Below, in pieces: positions 50,135 through 63,520 of a stretch of 64,000 bases of DNA (position 1 is the first letter of the stretch; each line of letters opens with the position of its first letter). A program made the position numbers and the translations under genes. The DNA comes from Mobula hypostoma. Its lineage: Eukaryota. The notes beneath the pieces are model-generated. The model saw only the letters and a list, made by a program, of their open reading frames with translations. It was not told the origin of the DNA and did not search any database. The DNA lies in contig NC_086106.1 of assembly GCF_963921235.1 (NCBI RefSeq), positions 20,894,001-20,958,000 on the forward strand, written 5' to 3'.

Positions 50135-51879
50135 CACTGTGAGCACTGACAAACTTGACCCCTTTGAGATTATCGGGCCAGTTCAGGGTGGATTTATCGG
50201 GAGACCCAGTGACCGATGTTTCAACAGAGAAACGGGCTCTGAGTGAATCAGCTTGAACAGGCTCTCGCATACTGAAACAAGAGCCGCAGCTTCCTGTTCC
50301 CATCCCCAGTAGTGATTTCGAATCACCAAAAGCTGCTCGTCTCTATATAAGAGGCAGGTCAGCGGCAAAGACCAGATCCAAAATGAGGATCTGACACACT
50401 CTATCCAATTCATCAATTCCAGCGTGCAACTGTACGTGTAAGCGGAAACACAGTGAATCCCAGGAGGAGCAAGTGACCGACACCACCGGTACGGGACAGG
50501 CAGGGACTGAAAGACACCAGTCAGTGGACAAATGTCACCCTCTGAGAGAGGAAGTGAGAGACAACTGTCAGTGGACAAATACCCCCCTGTGAGACAGGGG
50601 ATGAACGACACCATATAGTGGACAGATATCTCCTGAGTGTCGGGAACAGAGACACTCTAGTAACTGGCCAGATACCCAGCAGAGAGGCAGGGACTAAGAC
50701 AATCAAAGCAATGGCCAGATATCCTCCTGAGGGACGCGTTTCAGTGACACCGGTCTATATAGGAAAACGCACTAAACAACAAAAAGAAGGACCACAATTT
50801 TTTCTGTCTGTACCCATACCCGGAGAATAAATATTATACACAAACCCCTGCCTGGAAATCGGTGTAATATATACTGATGAAAAATGTTCCTGTTGAGAGA
50901 CCTAACAGAACAATTTTAACGTAAAACCCTGCGCAACTCTACTCAACCCATGGGAGGCTTGAATTACATGGAGTTGTTAAATATACTGGATTTATTTTCA
51001 CTGTAACGACGAAGGCAAACTCTAACGTTGGAAACGTTTGTAAAATTGTGAGCAGTATAGATAGAGATACAGCCCTTTTCCCTTAGCACGTAAAGTAAGA
51101 ACCAGTGGCAAAAATATCTGGTTATTGGGGAGTGATTGAATGAAATTTAAGTGATATTATCACACACATTGGGCTGCGGTTTTCCGCACAGGGTTTCCAA
51201 ATAAAGTCGTGCAGCTGATACAATATGTTGTTCACAAACGTTCGTGCAGGTGACAGAAGAGGAAAGGCAGAGTGTGATGGTGTCAAATACAGAGAAATGT
51301 CGAAATGTGTATGTCCACCTTTCGCTGTCGAAAAACTCGGTTTCATTTCTGCATAATTCTCCGATTCTCCTGCACGGTATCATCTACACGCTGAATGATT
51401 TCAACCTGAGCTGTCGTGTCACTGATTACCTCCCTTATGTTTGCGTTATTGTGCTGATATTGGTGGCAAGTTTGGCGTCACCGATAGTCATCATGAATAA
51501 ATCACCCCCAAGAACAATTTGAATTAGGTTTGCTGGTCGTTGCGACAAATTATATACTCTTGTACTGAGTTCGTAAGTACTCGGTTCGTGGTAAAGCCCG
51601 CACAATGCTTTCTTGACCTGGAAACTACTTTTCAAATGTTTTATGTCCAGCTGAACCATCAACCGCAGCATTTCTAGCATCAAATATTGTACATTATTCT
51701 TTGTTCAAAATGACGACAAACTTGTGGTAGAGTTTGGGGGCTTGCCTTCCTGAATAACTCGGAGATCTATATTGCCTGTAGTCACGACATTGTAGTTTGG
51801 CTCTTGCGTGGTTGTCCCATCCCATACAGATCAAAGGATAGAGGCTATACTGACAGTAGCCCACTAATCGTCGAGGGTT

Positions 51880-52245
51880 GGTGGTTCTCCAGGACGGAGT
51901 TTGGCTCTGTGCCTCAGGAGCGAAGGGGAGAGAAAGAGGTGTGCTGTGATAAGATGGGATTCGTTAGTTAGGGGAACGGAAATGCGGTTCTGTGGGCGAT
52001 AACGGGATTCCCGGATGGTATGTTGCCTCCCTGGTACCAGAGCCAGGACATCTTCGATCGACCCCTGAGCGTTCTTAAGTGGAAGTGTGAACAGCCAGGA
52101 TGCATGGTCCACTTAGTTACCGATGACATGGTAGGACCAGTGACGAGGTTTTGCATAGGGTGTTCAGACAATTAGGTACTAAGTTAAAGGACAAGACATT
52201 CAGGTTTGTGATCTGAGGATTTCTACCCATGCCACATGCAAGTAA
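51880..52245 (+). mobile_element. CR1 ORF1 esterase fragment (paralog of 12740-13125)
   Basis: Collinear duplicate with the MVCCLPG motif. Confidence 0.75.
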
Positions 52246-52668
52246 GGCCAATATAGGAAGATTATACAAGACAATGGCCGGATATCCTCCTGAGAGAACC
52301 GATTTAGGGACACCGGTCTCTGTAGGAAAACAAACTAAGCAACAAAAATAAGGACTACACAATCTTCTGTCTGTACCCATACCAGGAGAATCCATATTAA
52401 ACACAACCCACTCGGTGGAAATAGGTGTAATGTATAATGATGAGGTATGTTCTTGTTAAGAGTCCTAACAGATCAAATCTAACGCCAAGCCCTGGACACA
52501 TCTACTCAATCCAGGGTTTGATAACTCTTTGACCTACTTAAGACGGTGAAATTAACAGGGCGGTTGTTGCAGGGAGCTCAGGAGCTGAAACCAAAGAGCA
52601 GGAAAAGCCATGGGTCCTGGAAGCAAATTTTGACCCAGGTATGTTGGGAAACAACCGGTCGATATTGA

Positions 52669-53478
52669 TAGATAGATAGATAGATATACTTTACTAATCC
52701 CGAGGAAATTTGGTTTAGTTACAGCTGCACCAACCAAGAATAGAGCATAAATATAGCAATACAAAAACCACCAGCAATCAAACTACAAAATGCAAACTAT
52801 GCCAGATGGAAAATAAGTCCAGGACCAGTCTATTGGCTCAGGGTGTCTGACCCTCCACGGGAGGAGCTACACCTTCGATGGCCACAGGCAGGAACGACCT
52901 CCCGTGCCGCCAAGTGTTGTATCACGGTGGAATGTGGCCGAGGTCCAACAGTAAAAACTTCAATATCCAGTCTGCAAACACGTTCCTCGATCGTAATATG
53001 CCCTGGATTGCACCATCTGTTGTTAACTAGATCAGTAAGCACCCAACTCCTTTACGTTTACCGCTTCAGTGCACTTCCGGTCAGCCGGAACGATATTACC
53101 AGCCGAACTCCTCATCTCCATATGTCTCTGTTGTGTCGAACCGGTCCTTTTTCCTCGACTTTGAGATCTCCCTCTGCATCCTCTGTGTGTTTTCCTCCTG
53201 ATTTCAGCAGGGGTGTACGTCGCTCTGCTCGCTAAACCAGCCGGCATTAGTTGGTTTCTGGAATACACAAAGCGACTTGCTTCTGTCCCACGTGTCGGGA
53301 TGTAACCATTTCCAGCGCTAAAAAAAGACCCAAATAAAACTCTCTTTACCAGCATGTTAATGAGGGTGCAGCTTCGACGTGTTACCGTGAGAAAAAAAAA
53401 ATACAAAAAATTACGTAAATTAAAAAGTAAGAAGAAGAAAGTAGGAACAGATCGGAACGGCTGTACCAGGCTGCATGC
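52669..53478 (-). mobile_element. Internally deleted Rex1/Babar LINE (paralog of 13286-14145) with (GATA)5
   Basis: LVNNRWCNPGHITIEERVC and PAEIRRKTHRGCRG motifs, with the same insertion site. Confidence 0.8.
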
Positions 53479-56400
53479 AAGCAAACTCACGGTGGTGGGA
53501 ATCCGAGGCGCAGATCAGTAGGGTGGGCAATTCTGTTTTGCCACCCTAATGATGGCAGTACTACGTGCACTAAATCTTGTATCTTCGCGCAAATATAAAC
53601 TGTTTTGATAGAATTGCTAATCAAACCAAATCTACCCTCTCATTAAGTGACTTACAGTCACTCAGCACTTGTATGACTTTCGGAAAGAAGGAAAGAAGAA
53701 CTTTTGAAATTTACTCACTGTTGTCATGCAGGAAAACTGGGCCTAAATTGCGTAAAGAAACCTTTCTGATACAGCAATGGCGTATAAAGAAATCAGGCAT
53801 TCCGTGGTACTGGTTGAGCGATCAATGATTATACAGATACTGGAGAACTTTCAAAACCGTTTATACAGACCTGACACGTCGACACCACCATAGCAGGAAA
53901 CAAAATGACAAACATTATTTGTTTCCTCCAATAGGACAGCAATAATGTCGTACGGTTTGGAGGCTTCCGTCCTCTGATGTCTGCGAGATCGATGATGGAT
54001 AGAGTCAGGACATTGTGTTCTGGTTCTTGGTAGCGTCAAACTTTCCAGAGAGTTCAAACGAAATAGGCCAGATTAAGAATGGTCTGGTAGCCCCGGTGGT
54101 ACTACACAGGGCTAAGAAACTGTCTGATCCAAAAAAAAAATTCGTGAGACAGCAATGAAGAGTCATTGAGCTGTATATCTGTGTGCAATGGCATTTCAGA
54201 ACCACCACCTAGGATTTGAATGTCTGAGAGTATTGAAAATCGAGAGAAAGCTGCGGGCACCATGAAGTAAGCCATGAAAACCGCCATGATCAAGACTAAA
54301 ATTTGAACATGTTGGCCGAGCTGTCTTCAGGTATGAGACAGAAACCAGGTCCCGGAACACACCTGGGGTACAAAGTTGAAGATAGCCAAGGATAGACACT
54401 CAACGGTGCTAATGTGGCTGACCCCTTATGATAGAAACTTGTCTGCAAGTTCTTGGCCCATGTGGTCTATGTCTAGTTGACTCAATTTGACACCTTCTTC
54501 GTTATTCATACACGTATCGTATGCATGTGTCATTTGCAAACTTAATCACCTACTCACTGCTCTCTGCCTTCCATTCCCAAGCCAACTTTAAATCCAATGT
54601 AACAAGTTTCAATGAGTCTTCTGGGTCAGTCTGCCAACAGTGATCTTGTCGTATTTGTTATAGTGCATCACACCACACATCTTTGTCACAATTCAAAAAC
54701 TTGATTTCTTTTAAAAGGCATGGATCCTCTGCATAATTCCTTGCTGATCAACCTTAATGTGGCACACGCCATGAGGACTATATCAATTAGTAGGGAGAGA
54801 TGCATCTTTCTTATATCGTTACCTGTAGAGCTAACTGAATTCGGTCAGTGCTATAAATTTTCACTGATCCTATGATTATTTTTATCGAGAATAAAATTGA
54901 TTAGACGGCCGAATAGTGCAGCCTGTAACATGGTTATCTTAGAGTTCTAACAAGCAGCTTTCGTTCATGACCTCCGGTTTTTTCTGTGCTTGTAGATTTC
55001 TAAGTTCTGTTTGAGACCTACGGAGGTACCGGCGGGTGATCTGGTGTTCATCAACATTGTATGTTTTTTTTTAAGCGAGCAGTTCAAACGATCGCATTTA
55101 GTTACCAACGTGCACGTTAGGATTTATGATGACTCGAAAAGACTCTCTGGGGTATATAATCAGATGACTGAAGACAGGGACTGATGGTTCGCCAGGAATT
55201 CGCGGATCCAACGTCTTCACGTGTTGTAATTGGGAAAATGTTACTTTTTCTAACATAATAGCGAATTTCAACCAATACGAGTGGGGGAGAAAAAACAAAC
55301 AAAAAAAAAAAACAATTGTCCCTGGCATGTTCAAGAGCGATTATTATTTTTTTTTGTATCCTTATGGGCCGAAATCAACATGTTCAACAGCGCAGCCAGT
55401 TCAAGCGGTCGCACAACAGGTTAGAATGGGTGTAATCATCGGTTATGGTTTGGTGGTCAAACTGTGTAAGTGTGCAAAATCACATGGATGTGCCGATAGC
55501 ATGATGCTTATGCAATAATTTTGTTGTCGCCTTATCAGTACCAATTTTGAGAAGCACATGTTGTGTCACGAAAGCATGACACATGCAGATGATATTTGGA
55601 TGTGTTTGTGTTTACAGGGGTTTATTTTGATGTTCGAGTAAAGGCGATCGACCATGAGTGTATAGTTCTCATGTATCGAGAGCTATCAAATTGATGGGTG
55701 AATGATTCTGGCGTTGCCTGGAGTGGAAAACAGGTTTCACCCGTTTCCTGAAATGGGCGGCTTTAATTACATGGAGCTGTTAACTATGCTGGTTTTATTT
55801 TCACTGTAACGACGAAGGAAAACTCTAACGTTGGAAGAGTTTGTACAATTGTGAGCAGTATAGATGGAGCTACAGCCTTTACCCTTGACAAGGAATGTAA
55901 GGACCAGTGGCAAAATTGTATGGTTATTTGGGAATGATTAAAGACAATTTAAGTGATAATATCCCCCACACCGGGCTGCAGTTTTCTACAAAGGGCTTCC
56001 AGAGGACTTGGTGCAGATGATACAATATATTGTTCAAAAGACATTCGTGCAATTGACAGCACAGGAGAGACAGAGAGTAATGGGGTCAAATAGAGAGAAA
56101 TGACGGCTGCCGAAATATTCAATTCCTGTACTGTAAAATTCTCCAATTATCTTGCACTGTATCCTCTACGCGCTCCAAGATTTAAACATGAACTGTAGTT
56201 TCACTGATCATTCCCCCCCACCCGGTCTCTTTTCATACTTTTGTAGTGGTGATAATGGTGACAGTTGTTGGGGTCAGCGATAGATATCATGAATAACCCG
56301 CTCCCCACCCCCCCCCCCAACAACTATAGGAGTTAGGTTGCATGTTATTGGGACCAATTACATATTCTTTTACTGGAATCGTAAGTACTTTCTTCATAGT

Positions 56401-56689
56401 AAAACACGCACTATGCTTTCCTGACCTGGACACTACTTTTCAAACCTTTTATGTCCAGCTGCAACATCAACCGCTGCATAGCTAAAATCAAATATTGAAC
56501 ATTATTCTTCCTCCAAAGGACCACAAATTTGTCATAGGGTTCGGAGGCTTTCCTGTCTCAATGACCCGGCTATCTATATTGGCTTGTGTCACGCCATTCT
56601 GGTTTGGATTTTGGTAGGGTCACCCATCCCAAACAGGTGAAAAGATAGAGGCTACACTCAGAGTAGTCCACTGATCCTCGAGGGTCGGG

Positions 56690-59600
56690 GGTTCTCCAAC
56701 ACTGAGTCTGGCTCTGTGACTCAGAAGCAAAGAAGAGAGAAGAGGCGTGCTGGGATAACAGGGAATTCGTTAGTTACTGGAACGGAAATGTGTTTCTGTG
56801 GCGATAACGAGAATCCCGCATGGTATGTTGCCTCCCTTGTACCAGGGCAGGGATATCTCCGATCGAGCCCTGAACGTTCTTTAGTGGAAGCACGAACAGC
56901 CAGATTTCATGCTCCACTTAGTTACCAATGACATGGGTAGGACGAGTGACGAGGCTCTGCATTAAGCGCTCAGGGATTTAGGTGCTAATTTAAAGGACAA
57001 GGCATTCAGGTTTGTGATCTGAGGATTTCTACCCATGTCAGATACCAGAGAGGCCAAATATAAGAAGCTATGCATTTTAACACATGGTTAACGAGTTGGT
57101 TTCGGAGGGTGGTCATACGATTTTTAGATCTGTGAACTCCCCTCCTGCTGAGATAGGACCTGCACAGAAGGGACTTATTGCACCTGAACTGAAGGTGGAC
57201 TTAATAATGTAGCGAGAGTTCGCAGACGTGCAAGAAAATTCCGTTTATTATAGTAAATGATTCTTAACTTTGCAGATATTGTTTGCGAATGTCATACTGT
57301 AAAAGGATTAGATGTGATCGAGTTCTCCAAAATTGTCCACCATGCTTTCCTTCATCAGTAAGTAGTTTCAGTATGTGACAGAAGTTTGTGTAGGGTAACA
57401 CTTTGCACCCAGTGACCACAAATCCAAACCACAAAATAATCTGCAGATGCTGGGGTCAAAGCAACACTCACAACACGCTGGAGGAACTCAGCAGGTCGGG
57501 CAGCATCCGTGGACACGATCAGTCAATGTTTCCACGGATGCTGCCCGACCTGCTGAGTTCATCCAGCGTGTTGTGACCACAATACCATTCGTTTCTAAGT
57601 TTATATGATTTATAATTGGAGAAAGTCACTTTTTGGTGGTACCAGAAATGGTCTGGCAAGTCGGAGGTTGGGACAAGCGTTTTTTTTTGTTTTGTTTTTC
57701 TTTTTTTTTGCATGCAAAGCCGTAAGTAATGAGCTTCAAAAACTAAACTTTGAGAGTACAAAGTTTGTGTGTGCCATCAGAATAAAAGGAAACGAATTCA
57801 AGTGCAGGGAACCTTGCTGCTAAAGAGATAATGAGGCACAAGCTAAGAGAGAAAGGGAAATGTACACAGCTAGAGGCTAGTAGGAACAAGTGAGGTGTTT
57901 ATACACTATAAGAAATAAAAGAGAACATTTAGAGAAGAAGAGAGAAGGCTGAACAATGTCGCGAAGGAGTTCTGGAAGACAGAGTAAAGGGAAATCATAA
58001 GGGATTCGACACATATGTTTACAGCAAAAGGATTCGATTGAGCAAAATCTGTCTTCCTTGACCACCAGAAGGATAATTCACTTGTGTGGAGCCAAAACAT
58101 AGAGGGTAGTTCAGAAATGAAGTCTTCACATCTGTATTTACTCAGAAGACTGATCAGGGACTATAGAAGTGAAGCATAGGGGCATCAAATTCATGAACCT
58201 TTGCAGATTACAAAGGAGGACGTAACTGGAAACCTGAGGCTGTTTAGGATCCATAAATCCCTAAGATGCTCCCTCGGAGTCTAAGAAAGTCAAGCATAGA
58301 AACTGCCGGGGCCCTTGTAGAGATATTTTAATAATCCTTAGAGACAGTGTAGGTACCAGAGGATTGAAGGGTAAGTAACATTGTTCTGATGTTTAAAAAG
58401 GCTCTAGACATAAATGAGAAAGTTATAGCCCGGTGAGTCTGATATCGGTTGTGGAAAAGTTACTGGAAGGTATTTCATGCTATCGGAAAAATAAATCATT
58501 TAATAGACAAGGATTAATTGACAATAGTCAGCTGGGTTTGTCCGTTGTAGATTATGTCCAACCAATCTTATGGAGCTTTTCCAGGATGTTACCAGGGAAG
58601 TAGATGAGGGCAAGCAGTGTACGTTTTCTACAAGGACTGTAGTCAGGCATTAGAAAAGGACCCGCATGGGCCCCTGCTCAAGAATGTTAGGCGCTCGGCA
58701 TTCAGAATGAGGAATAAATTGAATTATGCACTGGCTGTGGGAGAGTCCAGAAACAGATAGTAGAGGATTTATTCTCTGATTGGAGGCCTGTGACTGTGCC
58801 ACTGCAATTGGCGCTGGATGATTTGTTGTTTGTCATCTATCTCAATCATCTGGATAATTGTATGGGTACTGGTAAGTACATATACAAATACCACCAAGAT
58901 TCCGGGTGTAGTGGTCAGTGAGAAAGGCCATCGTGGTTTGCAGGGAGATCTGAATCTGTTGAACAATGGGCTGAAAAATCAAAGGTTCAACTTAATGCAG
59001 ACATGTGCGATGTTTCAGACTTCGGTTGGACCACTCCCCGCAGGTCTTACACAGTGAGCAGTGTGTTTGCGGAACAAACAGATCTGGGAGTATATGTCCA
59101 TAATCACTGGACAGTGACGTCACATGTGCACAGAGTCGGAAAGAAAGCATTTGGTACATTGATCTTCACACAACAATTTATTGAGTACAGTTGATGGGAT
59201 AGTGTACTGAAGTTGTATAACATGTTGTTGAGGCCTGCTTTGCAGTATTGTGTGCAGATTTGGCGACCGACCTAGAGGGAGAATGTAAACAAGGTTGGAA
59301 GAGTGCAATGAAAATTTAGAAGGCTATTTCGGGAACTGGTGAAGCAGGGATACACGGGAAGGTTGATTGGGACTGTATTCCTTAGAACGGAGAAGATTGA
59401 GAGGATATTTGATAGACGTACACAAAATTGTGAGTGCTATAGGTAGTGTAATTGCAAGTAGGCTTTTTCTACTTAAGTTAGGTGGGACTACAAACAGAGG
59501 TCATCGGTTAAGGGTGAACAGTGATGTTTAATGAGAACATGAGGGGAAATGAGTTCATTCTGAGGGTTCTGAGATTCACGACGTGCATGCAATACCGATG

Positions 59601-59764
59601 TTAATGTTTAAGAGAAGTTTGGATAGCTGCCTGGATAACATTGGTACGGTGAGCTATGGCTGCGGTAAATGCCAACTGGAGTAGGCAGTCTAAAGACTTT
59701 CGCCATGGACAAGATGTCCAGATAGGCCTGTGTATGCGCTGTGCTTCTATATGATTCCATGACT
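56690..59764 (+). mobile_element. Old degenerate CR1 LINE (paralog of 17340-20347)
   Basis: Collinear duplicate. Confidence 0.8.
57469..57575. repeat. 45-bp-arm inverted repeat (common chondrichthyan short repeat, possibly Penelope-derived)
   Basis: 57469-57513 pairs with 57531-57575, with one mismatch and a 17-nt loop. The family attribution is from recall. Confidence 0.85.
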
Positions 59765-59984
59765 TTAATCTAGTTACTACATAATTAAGGTAATACATTG
59801 ATACCGAATTAACGGCATTTCGCTCAACGATTCCTTAGCGCAGTTAAGAGCTTCATGTTCTGTGAAGCAGTCTCCTATTAAATCTACATACTAATCTGAA
59901 TACCATCTCCTTCTGCCTCTTATATGATTACATGGATCACCTCTGACAGCACTTTTTTTTTTCCTTTTTTTTTGCATCCACAGC

Positions 59985-60565
59985 ATGTGGCTACGAATTC
60001 CACACAATCAGTTATCTCCGGTATAGAACGTTCCTCTGGACACCCAAAGGAGATTGCGGATGGCAATGCCATACTTTGGGTAAAGTAAACCCTATATGTT
60101 GGAAACACTCCGTCAGACACTCACAAACTGCAGAGAGCGAAGATGCTTATATTTCAGATCTGAGGGAGCGTCTTCGACCCGAAACTGGTCTCCGTTCCGT
60201 ATGTACTGATATTTCTATTTTAAATGCAGATTTACAAGAGCTTCAGATTGATTATCATATGAAGGTTAGGATATCCAGATTTGTGCTTTGCGTAGGGCAA
60301 ACGCTGTCCACGACTATTCTGTCAGACGCAGAGATGATTCGAACTTCCTTTGTCATAACATATTCCAGTCTATTAAAAAAAAATACTTTCTCCTCCCTCC
60401 CCCTCCCCCCACCCGATACCTGTGACCTTTGGTGTTGGCAAAGTCCGAATGAGTTACAATCGTATTGTCACCAGTCTAAAGAGCAAACCAATCATGCCTA
60501 TTTAGCTCATGCAGTGTGCTTATACGAAATTGTGAATGCCGTTGGCCTGCTTCCTGATCGTATCA
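59985..60565 (+). mobile_element. L1/Tx1-like ORF2 remnant (paralog of 20560-21100)
   Basis: ORF 60076-60612; see copy A. Confidence 0.4.
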
Positions 60566-61030
60566 ATAGAGAATTAACACAAGTAAAGGGAAAGATTTGG
60601 GAAAGGGATTAAAAAAAAATGAAAAAATTAAGTAAATAAGTACACAGGGATTGGATAATTATGTCTGCGGGCAGGAACAAGCACGAACAAATTGGGATAT
60701 AAACACCTAGAATGGTTGGTATATAGGCTTGTATGCAACATTTTGGACCAGTGGAAATGGTCCAGAAGGGTTGTATGGAAACTATTATTACCATTTTTCT
60801 TAACAACTAATTTCATTACTTAGCCTAATAGGTTAGATTTACCACAGTACATAATTATCTATTTAAATGTTTATATTGCTTTTATATCATTTCAATATGT
60901 ACTTAAGAATGTATAAGTAATTGTAGTTTTATACATATAAAAAAGTGGAAAAGGTTATATGTGTGAAAAAAGTACATGACAATTGTGAACTCCTTATCCA
61001 AATAAAAATAAAATTTTAAAAAAAAGAAAA
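60566..61030 (+). mobile_element. ~465-bp AT-rich insertion with AATAAA and an A-rich end, L1-like 3' fragment, copy B only
   Basis: Absent at 21099-21110 in copy A (tcgtatca|gtataaatat|ttttcata). Ends ccaaataaaaataaaattttaaaaaaaagaaa. Confidence 0.55.
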
Positions 61031-62199
61031 TGTTTTTTTCATAAAAACTCATAGATCTTCTCTTGTTAAAGCATAATTTCGCGCCATTCCACCAAACTCA
61101 TAGATTGTGAGCGCCTATATATTTCTCCTTCCGCGTGACATAGTGACGACTCAAGTCGACCGTACGTCATTTCCATACCCTAAAGTCACTGTGCTCCTCA
61201 CAAAACTTTGGCTATCATTTACCCCCAACAGTGGTCTATGTTCCATATCATCATAGCAGATGACTGGCCGGGGGGGGGGGGGGTAGTTTCTAGTCTCCAT
61301 TCTAAGTACGAAGGTTTAGTCCGTAGATTCTATGAGAACTTCTAGACAACTGCAAACCGCTTCCCCAAGTGATACCTTCTGTAACTGACTCGTTGCACAA
61401 TATCATCAATCGACTCCTCCCACTTTATAGAATTAATTGATATTATGTAGGAGTGACCAGTTCAGTGTAACCCTTAAGTTCAACTCGCGGCTTAATCTAT
61501 GGATAGACAGACTCCGGCCCCGTCGACCTGGAGGAATCTTGTTTGGGTGGATGCTGCGTTGTGTGTTCCCCTGTTACAAATACGTACCTCGAAATACCGA
61601 ACAGTACACAATATGCAAATGAACGGTTGGGCTTTATAATTCTTAATTTGAATGTCGGGTAGTAGAGAATAATGTAAAATAGCCCATTCTCATGAAAAAG
61701 TATATTTTGCAACGTTCGAACTCACGTTTTCCCGTCAGTTCACTCTCATTCGATTTTTTTTCCCAAGGCGTCGACGCCTGACCCCATTCCAAGTCCACTA
61801 TGTCCTGTCCTCTACGACTTCCCTGCTCAGGCATCTTCTCTCTTCATCTTCGGGCGAACAAAAGACCGCGAATCCCTTCTCGCTCCACACAAGAAATAAA
61901 CAACATGTCTCTCATTGGATGGCACAAATTCCAAAGCTCCTGTGAGCTTTAGTTATAACCCAGATATTGCTGTTACAGTGAAACCGTTATATAAGCAGTG
62001 AAATATTACAGAGAACCATTACATAAGCAGAGAAACCTTACAGCATGTTACATAGGTTTCACAGCTGCACCTTTGAGATACGCGAGGAGAGAGCAGAGAG
62101 AAGACTTGGCCTATCTCCACGTGCCCTTGTGGTGAAGGGGAAATTGCTTAGCAGCCGGAATTACCACGCCAATATCTTGATTTGAGAAGAACGCTGGCT

Positions 62200-62880
62200 G
62201 GAATCCCTTTTATCATTCAGAAAGGTGCTCACAAGCGACTATCCAAACGGAAATTATTCTCGGCAGTGTCCGCGAAATCATTTGGGAGCTGCCGGCGGTG
62301 GAGTTTTCAGTGACAAAGCAGTGCGTGGTTATCTCCACCTCAGTTTTCACTCTCTGAGACTAGTAGTTAGATTGGAAGTGGAAATCTTATAATAGGCTGC
62401 CTGTGGCAAACAAAAGAGAAGAGAAAGCCTTCCAAAATCCACACATGAAGTGGTTCTCGATAAGATACTATGTCCCGAGTGAAGCAATGCAGATTTTTTT
62501 TTTCATTAAGAGCTGTACCATGAGCTGTACCAACAGTTTCTCGAGCTGTTGGGAGCTTGGGGAGATTAAAGGAGTGGGCTGCTTTCGTGATCCGGTCTAC
62601 AGCTAACCGAATGGTATTGTTTCCATATGACAGAGGCAGACCCGTGACAAAATCGGCCGAGACATGACGAAAGGGACAGTGAGGAACAGGCAGCTGGCTG
62701 AATCGATCAGCAGGGCGCTGACAGTCTGCGACAAAGTTATGAGCATCATGAGACATAGACAGACGCCTGTCAGGCCGAATCTTGCTGACATCTCACAGCA
62801 TCCAAAGCATTCAACTCTGGAGTTTGTGCAACTAATAGCATCCACCTTCTGCGCGATGTATATTCATCATCTTCAGCCAA
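62200..62880 (-). mobile_element. Ty3/Gypsy integrase fragment (paralog)
   Basis: ORF 62367-62756 SADFVTGLPLSYGN..VDRITKAAH. Confidence 0.88.
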
Positions 62881-62929
62881 ATTAACTTCCGTTCTTTCTC
62901 ACAGACCTTGTGCTCGGATCGATATAGCC

Positions 62930-63520
62930 GGCCGCAACCAGTTGCTCCTCGCTTTACTTCTCCCTGTCTAAAGTTTACATTGTTGCTGGTTTTGTTGAGT
63001 TTGGGCTCCCTTGTTTTGTAACCACTCTTGTTTCCTTATTTCTGCATTTATTACTAAAGGTAACGATTATCGCTAAACCTTTCCCACTGCTCTGCTTTTG
63101 GGTCAGGCCTCCTTTACATTTCCTGACAGGATCTTTGAAAATTGGTTGAACAAGCAGAGTATGATGATCTAGCTGAAAACCTCTGCCGACATGAGCACAA
63201 GTTCCAGAAGCAGTAGGAAATCTCTGACCAGCTGTACGCCTCTCTCATCCTACTCTCCACTTCAGTGCAGCAAATTTCGCCAGTCAAGCTCCTCCACTTG
63301 AGCCCCGAATTCCCCGTCCGAATCATTCGATGGACCTCTAACACGATGCAACAACTTCCTGAACGAGTGCTTCGTATACTTCGAGCACCTGCCGTCTCCG
63401 TATTGCACGCGCAGGACCACGTCGCCTTCGTCGTCTCTCGACTGACTGGGTGAGCTCTGTTGTGGGCCTTTGCTAAATGGGACAGCTAACGCACCATTTG
63501 CGATCGAGAGATGAATCGTC
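62930..63520 (+). mobile_element. Ty3/Gypsy LTR end plus gag fragment (paralog)
   Basis: ..HVAFVVSRLTG*ALLWA gag motif, collinear with 22980-23600. Confidence 0.75.

Larger units (their letters stand above)
47529..58390 (-). repeat. Reverse arm of the inverted duplication, copy B
   Basis: Reverse-complement homolog of 31998-43408, separated from it by a ~4.1 kb spacer. Confidence 0.85.
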
